Source: Gekko japonicus (lineage: Eukaryota). From it: a stretch of DNA of 64,000 bases. Below, piece after piece: positions 11,291 to 25,400 of the stretch. The DNA lies in assembly GCF_001447785.1 (NCBI RefSeq), contig NW_015168656.1, positions 1 through 64,000 of the forward strand, read 5' to 3'. Made by a program: the position numbers and the translations under genes. Numbering within the stretch: the stretch's first letter is position 1; each line of letters starts with the position of its first letter. The notes beneath the pieces were generated by a model that was not told the DNA's origin, ran no database searches, and worked only from the letters and a program-made list of their open reading frames with translations.

Positions 11291-14200
11291 GGTTTCAAAC
11301 TGGTAATAGAATTGCTGGCTTCTAGAAGCTCATCTGGTTGTACAGGGAAGTAATTACCTTGTCTGATCATACCCTGACAGTAACTCACATTGGGACTTAA
11401 TGTTAAATAAATCTGCATATAAGCAGTAAATTTGTGTCCAAAATTTTAGTTTTGCCACCTACTAACACTGCAAGCAACATGCACTGAAAAAACTATGAGG
11501 TGATAATGTGTGTCTTGACAGAATCCTGTAAATTTGCATTTGTACTCATTCTTTCTTAGGACTACCTATTCTAAAAATGGATTAAAATAATTGTTAGATT
11601 TTAATTGTTAGATTCCAAATTATAACGCATTATAGGTCAGTAGACTCTGTAGAAGACCTGTGTTAGAATTTGGAAAAGCAACTGGAAGCTTTTAAATTAA
11701 AACTCCAGGCACAATCCAACAGAAGTTAAAACATGTACAATTTCTGTTTATTTCAATAGGGGGGATGAACTTGAATCTTTCCTAATGAAATAAATGGAAT
11801 TTAGAAATGGTTAATTATGGCTAGATTGAAAATTTTGTGAAATTACTACTACTGACAGAGTGTGTCATCCTCAACTAAAATGAGTTCTAGCCAGACACTA
11901 TTATATATTCTAATAGTCAAATGTGCCCTACTGTGGATATTTAAATCTGCGAATCAGTGCCATTTTCACAAAAGTAATATTTTTCAACAAAATTGGAGCC
12001 CCTAGAGGCTTGCAGAAAAATTGAAAGCTTTAAAAAAAATGGATGGTTTTTTTTAAATCTTCCAAACTGAGGAGCATTTGTGCAAGTGCAACCAACGCGT
12101 CTCCATTGCCCAAAGAAACACCTCACCTCTGCAAGCCAGCTGGTATTCCAGCTTTCTTCTCTCAGACTTGGTATAAAGAAAAGATAGAGCTCTTGCTTCT
12201 CTCTCTCTTTCGGCACTTTTCTGCTTCCCTGCTTCCTTTCTGCCATTTAGGTTTTTAAGGGTGGCCCGAAGGATTCCTGCCATAGATGGGCCAAGACTGC
12301 CTTCTTGATATTCAAGAAGGAAGAGCCCCAAAGAAGCAACTACCCACCCATTTCCCTTCTGCGCCACTGTTTTTGCCTGCTCTTCACCTTCCCATTCCAC
12401 TTCTTGCCCAGCCCGCTTGTTGACTGATGTTGTTTTTTTTTAATATTAAGCAATTTCTATGAGACCGTAAGAGGGCTAGAGGATTCTGTAGCAGAGAGAA
12501 TGGGATACCCTTTTATTTGATAATCAACAGTTCATTGTCTAGTAAAGCTAAAAGGTTTTGGTGTTGGGTCATTTGGTCTTGATCAATGGTGCAGAATTGC
12601 AGATATGCATTGGCATGTAAAGGTAACAGAGTGTAGCTAGTCACTTATGCTCACAGGATTCCTTGAAGAATATTCTTCTTGAATAATAATTAAAATTCTT
12701 GGTACCAAATGTTAAATGTGGGCTTGTTAATCTTTTAGTTTAATTTATATACACCGTGGCTTGGATAAATTATAGAAGAAACTTGAGTTTCACTTCCACA
12801 CTTGATACTGACAACACCAATGTGGGAGATCAGTATGTCAGATTTGAGTGCCTGTTAGTGTGGTCCAAAATATCTTGTGAAGGCTGTGTTGGTCCAAGAA
12901 AATGAAATCTTTTATGTGTTGGTTAGAAACTACATGGAAGTTTTAAGTTTAAACAAAATTCAGTAAGAATGTAGAGAAAGATAGAGAATCAAGCAGGGTT
13001 GGCTGAGTGCTGGATGTTTATGTTTTATAGATAATTCTGAACAAAATTGCCTGTGATTATTCGCTATTTATCTTAGTCCAAAAATAAGTGGTATTAAAGT
13101 CTTCTATAGAGGCATGTTCAGTCCCAGAATGTATGTATGTAAAATAAATTTTCTTAGTCATAGTTCAAAAGGCCTGTAATGCCTAATTCTGATAAAGTAC
13201 AGACAAATATGAATCCATGGAGCTTGCTCAGTTAAGATCTTGAACACCTGACTGACCTTGTATAATTTACCATTCTTCATGTCATTACAAGTTCATTCCA
13301 TGGCTATATCTTTGATTTTTTTGTGTTATGTATCCCAAAAACTTAAGTTCCCTTTGTTTTAATGAAGGTTCTTTCAAGCTACCAAGTTAATTCTCAGAAC
13401 TTTTAACTTCTTCAAATGTTACTTTCCCTTCCTGTTGTCTTAAATTGTGTGTGGGGTAAATTCCTGGTGTGTATTTTTGTAATGCTCAGAGGACGGAGCT
13501 AATAAAAAAGCTTTATGTTCACTGTTTACTGTAGGATGCAAATAGGGAAAGTGGTAGCCAAAGCATCCTTGACCTTTTGAATTAAAGAAAAAATACGGAG
13601 TCCTGGGTGTCTTAACTGATTTTGTTCTGTATGCCAAGCATAGAATGCTGCCAGTGAGCTCTACAGTGAGGTCTTGGAGGGTAGCAAAAGCACAGGGCAG
13701 GTAAGATGTCTGTAGTTAAGTGGCTTCCCTGACTAGTTGAAAATGTGAAGGCTAAAATATGAAAGTGAGTAGATGAAAGAGGGCCATAAATTGAAAGTGG
13801 ATGATCACTTAGGGGTCAGTGGATGGTTGTAATATCTGTAGTGAAGTTAGAAACATAGGAGTGGAGAAGAGGTTCAAGGAAATCTTTGTCAGAGTATGAT
13901 GAGTATTGAGTATTTTTGGAATATTGCAGTGCTTATGGCTATAATATTTTTTATAATTGTATGTGCTTTTGAAAGCATGGCACTTGACATGCAGCAGATC
14001 TTTTTATTATTAAATTCAACAATGCATTCTGTTTTGGTTTGAATAGATTTGGTTAACTGCATATGTAGTTATATCTTTTCTGTTGGGCATCTTTTAAAAA
14101 GATGCTTTCCTTCTGGCCCTGTGTATTGAAATATGTGACAATGGCCCCAATATTTTTCAAAACATGTGATTTGCCAAAACTTAATTCTTAGTCCTCGTCT

Positions 14201-15196
14201 TCCCCTTTGTTTAAGGTAAAGGCAGAATGTTCACTTAGTTTTACTGTAGAAGCTGAAATGCTTTCTTAAAGACTTGGTATTATGCAGCTAATTCTGCCTT
14301 ATGATTGAAAAGGTACCTCTGATATTGAAAATTCAAGCCCACCCAATGTTACGAATGTATACTAACTTGTTTTATTAATATTGACTGCTGAAACCACTTA
14401 GTTTACTAGCTGGGTAGTTGTACACTGTTAATTCATGGACTGAGCATGCACATGCTTTACAAAATGTAAAATTGGAAGCACATGAGTACTCATTTGAAGG
14501 TTCACAGCTTCCTTTGCATTGTTTACATAATATGTCACATCACTGCATGTTAAATTCCAGAAATCCTTATTAGCATAGTTATGTTTATCTTTGTTTTGTT
14601 GATCTGGCTTAACCATAAAAAGGCAAACTCACGTAGAGCTGCAAGGCTATAAGGCTCCTAGTAAGCAGTGCATGTACTGATGCTATCTGGTGGGTGGAGA
14701 CATTCCAAGTTGTCATGTATTACTAGATACATTCCTGAAATGACAGTCAGTGGAAAATGTGGATAGAATAGAAGCATTTCTCAGCTGCCACCTTTCTAGT
14801 AGTCTCTTAAAGTGTGTTGTTAGAACAATTGGGAAAAAGAAGATTGACTCATTTTATTTGTGAATATCAAGAGTATTCATATAATGCGATAGATGTCACA
14901 GTAGTATAGCCGCTCTGAATATTGCCAGGAAATGGAGTTCTTAAATTTTAAGAATTCCACTAAATAGTGGGTGTGTGAGAGAGGGTTGATGTTTTAAAAC
15001 CTGAAGTTCAGCACAGAGTGAGCATTCCCACTGTGGCACAGGAATATAATTGTTAAAGATAGCAGGCAGGTAAAAATGAAGTATGTGCACCAAACAAAAT
15101 GAGCATGCAAATATTCAGTTTTCTTGTATCTGCTTGTATGAATACTTGTAGGTGGTTCTAGTTAATGCCTTCTAGTTAGCTATTCATCTGGGGAAG

Positions 15197-16502
15197 TGTG
15201 ACGTGCTGCACTTTTAAGAAGCTTAGAATTTCTGTACAAACAGCTGAAGGACTGCAAAGGGTTAATTCTTTACAGAAACAGAGCCTTGAGTGACAGGCTG
15301 TTTCAAGAGATCTGATTGGTTAGTATCAGCTGAACAGAGAGAGACTTCAGAGCTGAATGCTGAGGAAGAGATTTCTTTCAGAATTCAGCCCTGACTGAGA
15401 GCAGTTTAACACAGACAGGAGAACTGGGAAAAGTTGGCAAGCATGAGTGGGTAGTTAGAGGGAGACTCCCATTCAGGCCAAGAAAAGGGAAAGAGAGAGA
15501 AGGAATTTCCCTGCCCAGGCTGAACAGGGTGATAGCTCTGAAGAGTACAGAGATACCTAGTCTGGTGTGGTTAGAAACTTTCTTTAGTGATCTTAGTAAA
15601 AGGTAAAGGTTTCCCTTGCTCGAAAACTAGTCAAATCTTTCTCTAGGGGGCGGTGTTCATATCCATTTCCAAGCTGAAGAGCCAGCGCTGTCCAAAGCTG
15701 TTTCTGTCATCATGTGGCCGGCATGACTAAATGCCGAGGCGCACGGAACACTGTTACCTTCCTACCGAAGCGGTGCCTATTTATCTACTTGCAATTTCTT
15801 GCATTCGAACTGCTAGGTTGGCAGGAACTTAGGCCAGAGACAGGAGCTCACTCCATCACGCAGCACTAGGGTCTCGAACTGCCGAACTACAGACCTTCTG
15901 GTCTTCAGCTCAGCATCTTAACCTCTGAGCCACCGCGGCCCCTTTTAGCGATCTTAAGAGTCCGTTAAAAACTCAAATGAGGGTTTCAAGAGAAGGGGTT
16001 TAGATACTGGAAAAGAGTGTACCAGCCTACTAGAAACGGAAAGAGTCAGAGAATACTCAGAGTGTGCTGGAGTGTTTGGAAAACATTGGAACAAAAGCCT
16101 CTCAACATAAAGATTTTAAGTAACTCAGCTTAAGAAACTCTCATTAGCCTGAAACATAAAAACTGAAGTCCATGCATATACTCATTTTGCCTCAGAGTTA
16201 TCTTTATTGAGTTACCTCAGAAATTTTACCCCTAATTTTCCCTGACCTTTTCCCTTTATGTTGGATAAAATATTTTGTTAATTTGGAATATAAAAATTTT
16301 CAAGTTAAAGGGGGCTCCCATTTCTTCCCTTAGGTTCCTGGGCTGAGCAAACAGCAAAAATATTATACTATGACAGGATGGGACAGCCAGAATTCTTCAG
16401 GAAAGAAGAAAACAGACAACTAGGGCAGCTCAGTCACAAAAGGGGAAGAAGAATGGAGGGAAATCTTGCCTCTGAAGGAGGGAAGTGGACGGGGGTGTCA
16501 TA
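15197..16502 (+). mobile_element. Possible solo LTR (TGTGAC...GTCA), interrupted by a Sauria SINE
   Basis: TG...CA-like ends, CTGATTGG box, purine-rich U3-like body. No convincing TSD. Confidence 0.3.
15596..15942 (-). mobile_element. Sauria SINE
   Basis: (ACCTTT)n tail as gtaaaaggtaaagg, the diagnostic tcgaactgctaggttggcagg and catgtggccggcatgac, and TSD tttagtgatctta / tttagcgatctta. Confidence 0.9.
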
Positions 16503-18089
16503 CTGTTGTTTCTGGAAAAGTGATTATCCAGGTGTACTTCTTTTTTGTATGGAAGTGTTAGTGAAAAACTGGTAACTTTGTCATACTTGTTTGGAATGGT
16601 ATTCTGTTTGTTAAAAGTTTATTAGTTTTTCAGCACAAATCTAACATTCAAATAGAAATCATTGGTAGTCTCTTTGAAGCATGCAAGTGTAGAATAATGC
16701 TTTGTAGCCTGTTCTGATTTAATAGGAGATGGTAAGATTCCAAAAGATAAAAGTTTACTTTGTACAGGATGATGAGAGATGGGAGATAAGGTACAGACCA
16801 GCTAAACTGTAATATTTCATTAGGAAATCTTGCACTGATATATGTTCACTAGGCTAAAATTGTTATTTGTGTCTTCCCTTTTTTGTTAGAAGTGCTGTTA
16901 TAATTGCCAGCTTAATGTGGAATTTGGAAGTGATTCTCTGAAGAATGATAGTGAAAGAGAGGGGCACAGTGACCTCTGTGAAAGAGAACTGTTTCTGTTG
17001 AAATAGATGAGTGGACAACCAGCTCCATAGCGTTTCATGCACTGGTGTTTGGATATGGTAAAATTAGCATTAGAAGTTTTATGAGCCTTTAGTGTTTTCC
17101 CTCCTGAAAGTCAACGTACATTAGGGAATTACATGGTATATTGTCTATTTTTTGCAAATGTTATTCCAATACAATAATTTCCCCATAAAATTTTAATTTG
17201 TTTCAATGTAGTACGTACACTATACTTGATTTATCTCTTTCCTAGTCAAATAGTTCAGTTCAAGTATTAGTTGCTACAGAGACATAAAATTAACATAGAA
17301 TGGTACTTAGTCTTTACTAAATGTAAGTCAAAATAAGTATGCCAATCAGATCCTGTTCAGGAGATTGCAAACTCTTCTAATTCTAATTTTTTTTTGGATA
17401 ATCCATATTACTGTGGGCACGTGTGTTGCGGCAAAAGCACAATTAATCCTGTTCCACCTTAGGCTGACAAATTTATTATATCATAAGCATAATTGTTGCA
17501 TGTAATGAAGTGATCCTGGTCAAGTTGTTTAAACTTAAGTTTGTTAGTCTTAAGGGTGCCACAAGAATCCTTATGCTTAGATCATGTAGATTTAATTGGA
17601 AATGTCAGGCCTGCACTCCTTTTATTTTATTTTCATCTGTTCCCACTGTTTACTTGCTGTGACTGTGTTTTTTTCATGCCCTTTTTGGGAGCTGCTATGT
17701 CATTCTTTGGACAGTGTGAATTCTGATACCACGATTAAGATCTAGATAGGAAAGTGGTACATGTCTTGCAAAAGGTTTACATTTTGCTAGTGAAGATTGC
17801 AGTTGCTGTAATTGTTTCAAGAGATCTGTTAGAAGAATGAGTTTGTTTTAATTATGTGAAATCATAAGATTTTGAAGAGTTTTTATCTTTAGTATATGAA
17901 ACTTCCATTAGCAGACTTTTGCAAGCAAGTTCCCCTTTTAGATTGTCTAGCCAGAAACTTAAAACTCATCTTTAAATAGACAAACTGGGTATGTGGCAAA
18001 CAGGATACCATAATTAACAGCATACTGTAAACTTTTAGAAATAGATATTTTTATGTTTGAAAAATAATTGTCTCAATCTGTTAGAAGCT

Positions 18090-18780
18090 TTCTGTGAGCT
18101 TGATGTTGTCTGTCATAGCAGAAATAAACAAGATCACCTCTCAAATAATACCTCTTAAACCGGAAGTTATTCTACTTCAAATTCAAGAAGCACCTGATTC
18201 ACAATATAGTTATAACAAACTTACCTTGATTTTGCTGGCAGCAGCCTGTCTGGCCATAGCTACCACCTGGAAGTCTGCCTCTCCTCTGACGCTGACCATG
18301 TGGAGACATAAAGTATGGGTTCAGTTTATTATGTGCAAAATCTTTGACTCACTTCAAAGGTGACGATCTGGCAACGCCATGACCTACTCTAGGTTTGTGC
18401 GCATGTGGTTTCCATGGCTGCAGTACATGACAGAAGCTGAACTTCTTCCTACAAATACTACTTACTCTTCTTGGCTTTTCTTCTAGCTTTCTGTTGTTTA
18501 CTCTGAGATACATACAAAAGTCTTCTGCATCTAAGATCCAATTCTAATCTAGTCCTCACACTCGCATTTGTGACAGAGGTAGCATAATTACCGGCACTTC
18601 ATACTCTTCATGATTGGTTGATAAATGTTCAAAAATGTTAAAATAGTTTTTACTGTTACGTAATAGACTTTTGAGGCTACTTGATCCTTATCTCTTGTTG
18701 TTGCTTGTTTAATGCTTTTGATGTTCATTGTTGTTAATGATCATTTTAAAACGAATTAAAATGTTTAAATTTTTTAAAAC
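18090..18780 (+). mobile_element. L1/Tx1-type LINE 3' fragment
   Basis: EINKITSQIIPLKPEVILL...LLAAACLAIATTWKS..PLTLTMWRHKVW matches the L1 ORF2 C-terminal AA...IA..WK motif, followed by a T-rich 3' UTR and A-rich end. Confidence 0.65.
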
Positions 18781-19426
18781 ATACAACATGTCTTGTTAGC
18801 TTCAGTGTTTAATAGTTGTACTGCTTCTATCAGCTAGGGAAAAAGGGTGCTTTGAGACATACTCTTTAGTGGAGTAACCAGTACATTGTGGTGGTTCAGT
18901 TACCAGTTGAAATGTAATCGGAAATAATTGCCTCACTTTTGCTCTGTATCATGTCAACTTCTTGTTCTCCTTTTTCCTCAAATGTATGAATGTCAGTAAA
19001 CATTCAGGATTACATTGTCTTTCTTGTGACTAAAGATTAGTATTATAGAAAGCTTGTTCAAGAATTTGGAAGCATTGTAATAGTAATAAGAAAATATGCC
19101 TTGTAACCAAGAGAATATAAACTATTTAGATACCCTTTTAAAAACAGAGGTTATCACTAAATGTAAAACTAAAATGTAAAACGTCATGTAGCCAGTTTGT
19201 GTAATGGGAGTTCATGCAGGTTTTGACTGTGTTTTAAGGAGCTGTAGCAGGAAAAGTTTGCACCATAGGTCCTTTCTAGAGTGTCATTGGCTCCTTTAGA
19301 TGGAAGTGACAAATTTCCACATTTCTAATGCTCTTGGGAAACTGCTTTAAGTGTACATATGAGGAAAGGGTCTGTTGGTATCTCTGTCATTTAATCTATA
19401 TTTTGAACATTTAAGGTTAATATTCC

Positions 19427-19487
19427 TTTGTATTTGGAAAGATATGTAAATAAACTTTTGTATTTGGAAAGATATGTAAATAAACTT
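19427..19487. repeat. 30-bp tandem duplication
   Basis: tttgtatttggaaagatatgtaaataaact occurs twice head to tail. Confidence 0.9.
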
Positions 19488-20239
19488 AACATTAAAACAA
19501 CTTTTAAAACAACTTTCAAATACACACATCAAATACCTTTTCCTAAATAAGCTTGGGGTAGGTTACAATTTAAGCAAACCAGTGTGCATAGAGAAGCTGA
19601 ATTTTTGTCTTCTTGACCAGGTTTACTTCTGACTACTGAAAACTAATGCAATTAGAGAAATTTAAATTTTTTCATCTTTAACAATGAAGCATTAATAATG
19701 ATTTTGTAATTTTGAGTCCCTTGAGGAGACAAATGGAAACTTTCTAGATATTCCGCTTATTTTTGCTATCAGTCAGATATAGAGAGGAAAATTGTTTCAT
19801 GGAAAGTTATCGGCTTCATAAGCTTTAATAGCAATGAATGAATGTCTTTGCCAATACAATATGGCAAGCTTGGTAGTTACCTACATTGTAATAAGTGTTT
19901 TTCAGGTTATCATCCTTAGGAATTTTGTGAAATAGTGTTTATTTTATGGAATTGTCAGCTGGTTGGGGGAGAAGTACAAGCACAAATGTAGTTATGAATT
20001 CCAAATAGAGGCAGTTATGAATTCATTTAAAGAATCTGTGCAACCAGAACAAAACCAAAGCTTAAAATTCTTATTTATGTGTCTTCTCTCACATGGTTTA
20101 AGAGATAGTGTGATCACCAACTAGCGGGCGGTGTCACAGGGAGTAATGGTGAAGCTTTAATTTACTGTTGAAACAGTCCTGTCCATGACTTATCATGCAT
20201 AGTTCTTAGGGTGGTGCCAAAACTTACGTGGCAGATCTG

Positions 20240-20426
20240 TGAGGCGAGTATAGTGGTTAGAGTTTTGAATCTAGGAGACCCAGCTTTGAATTCCTGATCT
20301 GCAGTGGAAGCTTGCTGGGTCACTTTGGGTTAGTCGCATGCACTCAGCCTAACTTACCACAATGTAAGCTGCTTTGGGGTCCCTGTTGGGAAAAAAGGCA
20401 GTGTATAAATGAAGTAAATAAAAAAA
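20240..20426 (+). mobile_element. Ther1/Squam3-type SINE (short form)
   Basis: tagtggttagag...aatctaggagacccag.tttgaattcc...cagcctaacttacc..tgtaagctgctttgggg...tataaatgaagtaaata. Confidence 0.7.
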
Positions 20427-21287
20427 GAATTAGCTCCATTTGAAGGTAGTTGAAATTAATGGATTTAGACTGGAGTCTCTTGGCATAGGATTGCAGTAGT
20501 ATTATTAACTGTTTTCAGTGTATGTTTTACCCCTGAAATGCAAACAGTGTACTGGAAGTACATGCTAGTATGATTCTAATAAAAATAATCTCCACATAAA
20601 GATTTGCATTTGCTTGAATGTAACATGAGGAACACTTGATTAATCTTTTTCCTACTTCAGTTCAGGAATGTATTGCTATTTGCTCATAAAATTATGTGCT
20701 ATTTAGGATATTGGAAAATTTGGGTTCACATTTTTCTGGCGAACACACATCATGGTTAGCAGAATGCATACTTAGATGCGGGGCAAGACCTGGATTTGCA
20801 GTTCTGGTTGTATAGGCAAACCATAGTTTACATTTCTTGCTGCCTTAATCAGTTCTGACCAAACTCCCTGGTCTTGGCTGATAATTAAGGCATCACTTCA
20901 TGTGCAGACCTATTACTATTGATTGACCCCCCTAACCTGAACAGAGAGGTCAGAGAGTCACCTCCTGAGTGATTTTATTGGTTGCTCATGGTAGGGCTGA
21001 GTACCAGGCATGGTCTTCTTTCTAAGTTGTGGTTTGTAGTTTTCTCCTTTCACTTCCACAGTAGCTGTGCGCCCCCCCCCCCAACTGTGTTTCTTAAGAA
21101 ATGCTTTTGGGAATCTTTCTAAGAGAAATCACAGATTAAACATGAATGTTGTGCTGTTAACTGATCTGGTCTCTAGATGGTCACTTGAACTTAAACAGTA
21201 GTGGGCTGGGAAGAAGACTGGCCTGTGAAGTTGTGACAAGGAAATACCTGTCTACCAGTGTGCTTTCATTTGCTGCTTGCTCTAGAC

Positions 21288-21714
21288 CAGGAATGGCCAA
21301 ACTTGCTTAACGTAAGAGCCACATAGAATAAACATCAGATGTTTGAGAGCCGCAAGACATGAACAAATATTACATACATTTAATAGAAAAATATGCAAAT
21401 TTGCTTGTTATTAACATCGGGACTGCCAAAAATAAAAACAAATGGGCTTAAAAACAGATATTGATAATGATATTTATTTATCCAATGATATTTGTAGGTG
21501 GGGGGGGGGCTTTGAGAACGCATTTAAAGTTAAAGTTGCTTTCTTTCTCTGCTCCCTCCCACCTCAAGCCTACCCAGGGAGGGGGGGGGAACACTGGCTG
21601 GGGAAGGGAAGACCGATTGGGGAGGCATGCCTTCCCTTAGATTCTCCAGCCACCCTGCCCAGAGCTGCAAAATATGTGTGAAAGAGCTCCTGAGCCACAG
21701 TCTGGCCATCCCTG
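21288..21714. mobile_element. hAT (Charlie/Buster-like) MITE
   Basis: TIRs CAGGAATGGCCAAAC / GTCTGGCCATCCCTG. Perfect 8-bp TSD CTCTAGAC (21280-21287, 21715-21722). GAGCCRC subterminal motifs. Confidence 0.9.
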
Positions 21715-23079
21715 CTCTAGACTATATTCTCTGTGGGCGGGTAGCTTGAAAGGGTAAAGCAGTGCCCCAAACCATTTTTTTTTTTGTTCATGTGTGATGC
21801 TAAATAGTTCTGTTTACCACTCCTTGCCAAATTTTCTGTGAAAACTGATACCAATCTAGGTTTATTTTCAGTGTTTTTTTAAAGTGTGCAGAATCATGCT
21901 GTGTTACTGAAGAGACAGTACATACTTTTCTCCTTCATCCTGGGTATCGGAAAAGGTTGTTAATCTGGATCAGTGAAGGCAGGGCTTCCCCCCCCCCCTG
22001 TTTTATGAGCTGGATTATGTGCTGCAGTCGATAGCTGGAGTTCTTTATTCAATTGCCTCTCATATCCATATATTCAGAAGTTTCCATCCTTTTGATCCTT
22101 GGTGTTAAGTATGCATTTTGGTGGTGCTATTGTCGGTTTCCCACTATTTCCCATAATTCCCATAATTGAAATAATTTCCCATAACTGAAGAAAGTGACTC
22201 AGCCTTCCCTGGTTCAGCTGTTACCCTTATATGATAAATTCACTAGATGACCTTATGTTAAATTCTTTCTACCTTAGGCTTCTCCTCCCCCATTTGCAAT
22301 ATCAAGAGAACACAACCACAGGCCTGGACGATTCCTGAAGTTTGCTGGTGATGCCTAGTGAACCTCAGCCTGTGAACTCTATTACAGAGTTTAAAAGGAG
22401 GAGGAGGGAAAGGGGGAGTCAGCACTTAAAAGGAATCCCCTGAAAAACTGCTGCACAAAGCTAATTTGTTGCTAGAGGATGAGCTCTGCTGCAAACAGAG
22501 TTCAGTCACTGCAGGCTTTCCCCTGGTTGGGAACTTTTCTCTCCTGCTATGGCAAGCTGAAAGCAGGCAGATGACTGTGGTTGATGGGGTGGCTATTCCA
22601 CAGGAGCCCTTTAGTTTAGTTTAGGCCCAGTTTTACCTTCAGCTGAATAATTTTTAAATTAGATGAAACAGTCCATGTGCATGATGCTTTACAGATCACA
22701 AGAAGACAAGTCCCTGCTCTGAGGAGCATACAGTCTAAAATTTGAGATAAGGAAAATGACAAAGAGAGGGAAGAGAAGATAGAGGTGGGGGAAACTGGGG
22801 AAGAATGCGTGTTCACTCCAGTACAGTTCCTGTAGAGGAGGGGAACTAATGAGTTGTATGAAAGCTTTCAAGTTTTTGATGTGCTGCGCCTCTTCAGGAA
22901 AACATTCTGATATGCCCAAAACATTTTGCACCCAGTGTGAAAAAAGATAAGGACGAAGCAACTCTGTACCTTATTCAGAAAGGTATTCCAGAGCCTTGGG
23001 CCAAGTACAGTAAAAGCCTTTTACTGTTCATGACCAACTGATGTTCTTACCAATTCCAGGGCCTGGCCTGCTGACTTTA

Positions 23080-23253
23080 AGGTTGCCAACTGATGTGGAG
23101 AAGAATGTCCTGTCCTTTTAATAGAAGGTTGTGTGGGAATGGACTGTTGAAGCTTTTTATGACATGCAGGCAAATAACCTCACCTGATAAACAGTGTCCC
23201 ATGAATTCTCTACTAAAGGGAAAGGATATTTTCTCCAGGCCAGTTGGCAGCCC
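23080..23253. mobile_element. Small MITE with GGTTGCCAAC-type TIRs
   Basis: aggttgccaactg...agaatgtcctgtcctttta ... aaagggaaaggatattttctcc...cagttggcagccc forms an imperfect long inverted repeat. Confidence 0.65.
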
Positions 23254-23949
23254 CATTTATAACTTAGAGGCAACACTGAACTTGCTTAATATGACACAGA
23301 AATATTATATTTGGTATGGATGAGTCTGGGCTTCTTAATTTTGGGCTGCCTCCTAGGTCCAAAGAAGACTTGTGAAGGCCTGCATTACCCTACCTAACAT
23401 CCATTCAATAATCTCTCCTTATATATAATTGAATTGTGGGTGCCAAAGTTCTAATTCTAAAAGGCACTCCCTTAGTGTATGGCTGATGGCACTGCTCCTC
23501 AGCATATATCGCCACCAATCAGAAGGCAAAGCCCGGGTCCCGCCCACACCACAACTGCTGCGACAACCTGGTCTTTTGCATATGGAAGCTGATTGGACTT
23601 CAGTCCATTCCACACCTCAAACTCCCCCCCCCCCCGCAAGGCAGTTGGGATTTTCAGTTGCATAACATACCTCATAGGGGAGAGGAGAATGGGTAACAAT
23701 GGTTACCACTCTCCAGGTGAGGGCTACAGATAACTCAAACATACAAATGCTCTTCAGGTAGCAGAGATCAGTCCCTCTGGAGAAAACAGTGGACTCTGTC
23801 ATTAAACCCTGCTGAGGTCGCCACAGGAAAATGACACTGTTTGCCCAAAGCCAGAGCACTCTCCCAGAGCCTCTTTCTAGATCCCGTTGTATTTATTTCT
23901 GCAACGGGCATTATTTCTAGTCTTTACAATAATTCTGTAAAATACTGTA

Positions 23950-24563
23950 CAAGAGCCCTCTTGGTTCAGGCCAGTGGTCCACCTAATGCAGCATTTTTCA
24001 TATAGTGGCCAGTCAGTTACTCTATGACTAACAGGGCATAGAGGTCGAGCCCTTCCATTGATGTTGCCTTCCAGCACTGGTATTCAGAGGTTTACTGTCT
24101 CTGAATGAGGAGGTTACCTTCAGTCACCATGGCTAGTAGCCATGGATAGACCTGCATGAATTTGTCTAATCCCCTTTTAAAGCAGTGTGTACCTTTGGAC
24201 ATCACTACATCCTACAGCAAATTCCACATTTTAATCACCTGTTGGGTAAAGAAGTATTTCCTTTTGTCTGTCTTGAATGTACTGTCCATCAGCTTAATTG
24301 CATGCCCCCAAGTTATAGTATTTTGAGAGAAGGTGAAAAGGTTCTCTGTCCTGTATATAAACCCCCTTAGCCAGCTCTTTTCTGGACGGAACAGTTCCAG
24401 GCTCTTCAGCCTTTTCTCATAGGAAAGGTGCTCCAACCAATTAATTGTCTTGGTTGCCTTCTTCTGTACTTTTTCCGACTCTGCAATGTCCTTTTTGAGC
24501 TATGGTGGCTAGAACTGCACATTGCATTCCAAATGAGGCTGCACCATAGATCTATACAGGGGC
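23950..24563 (-). mobile_element. CR1 LINE 3' fragment
   Basis: ORF 24212-24436(-) EHLSYEKRLKSLELF...TWGHAIKL...FKTDKRKYFFTQQVIKMWNLL is the CR1 ORF2 C-terminus. Confidence 0.85.
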
Positions 24564-24689
24564 AAATGCTATGCATAAATGCTCTCAGGCGGTAACAGCT
24601 GGCTCACTGGGATTTTTGCCGAGAAAAGGAAGTGTGGATCTGGTATAAATAAAAAAAAAAAAGGGTTTCCCCCCCCCCCCCACATTTGT

Positions 24690-25400
24690 GTTGACTTGAA
24701 ATTAACAGGTGTCGGTCCCAGGATACTCAAGAAAAATTGGTGCTGCATGGTTTTTAGTGAGCATTGTAGGTCCTTGCTATGAGGAACATGGCCACTGAAG
24801 CCTTTATAGATAACGGCATTGCTTTGTGGTATCTAAGGAGCACTGCATCACTTCTGCTATCAAAGGCGTTCATTAACTATCTCTTGTCCTCCTTGTGCAG
24901 ATCCAGGAGGGAAATCAGGCTTGTCACAGGGGAATCCACCAAGGGGAATCAGAGAAACCCATTGCCCTTAAGGGAGAAAGTGTATACCCTTATGGAATTA
25001 CTGGGTGACTGGCATGTCTTTAGTTTCTGATCACCACTGTTAGTTCCTTAGCATCAGACAGAATGAATGTCAGAACTTTAGTGTCCCACTCATCATCATA
25101 GTCTTTTGGGTCAGAGAGTTGCTCTGCTTTAGGGATGGGAAGAGCCTTCAGTATTTTAAGGGATTTATGGAGAAGTGGAGGGTGAATAATCACTTGTCAG
25201 CTTATCTCCATAGGCAACAGAGAGTAGTATGGTTCATATCAGATGCCAGCCTGGACTCCATAAAGTCTTCAGCCAGAGCTATGGCCTCAGTGGCCAGAGC
25301 CCACAGAAATCTGGCTTAAGACTTGAACCGCTGATGCTTCTACTAAAGCTAATTTAGCTACTTGGCTGTTTCTAGAAGGAAAACTATTAAAATTGAATTG
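24690..25400 (+). mobile_element. DIRS-like (tyrosine-recombinase retrotransposon) gag remnant
   Basis: FISDASLDSIKSSARAMASVARAHR, then after a frameshift IWLKT*TADASTKANLA...EGKLL. This resembles vertebrate DIRS gag D(A)SLD....SARAMA......R.LWL..W.AD..SK. Confidence 0.6.
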
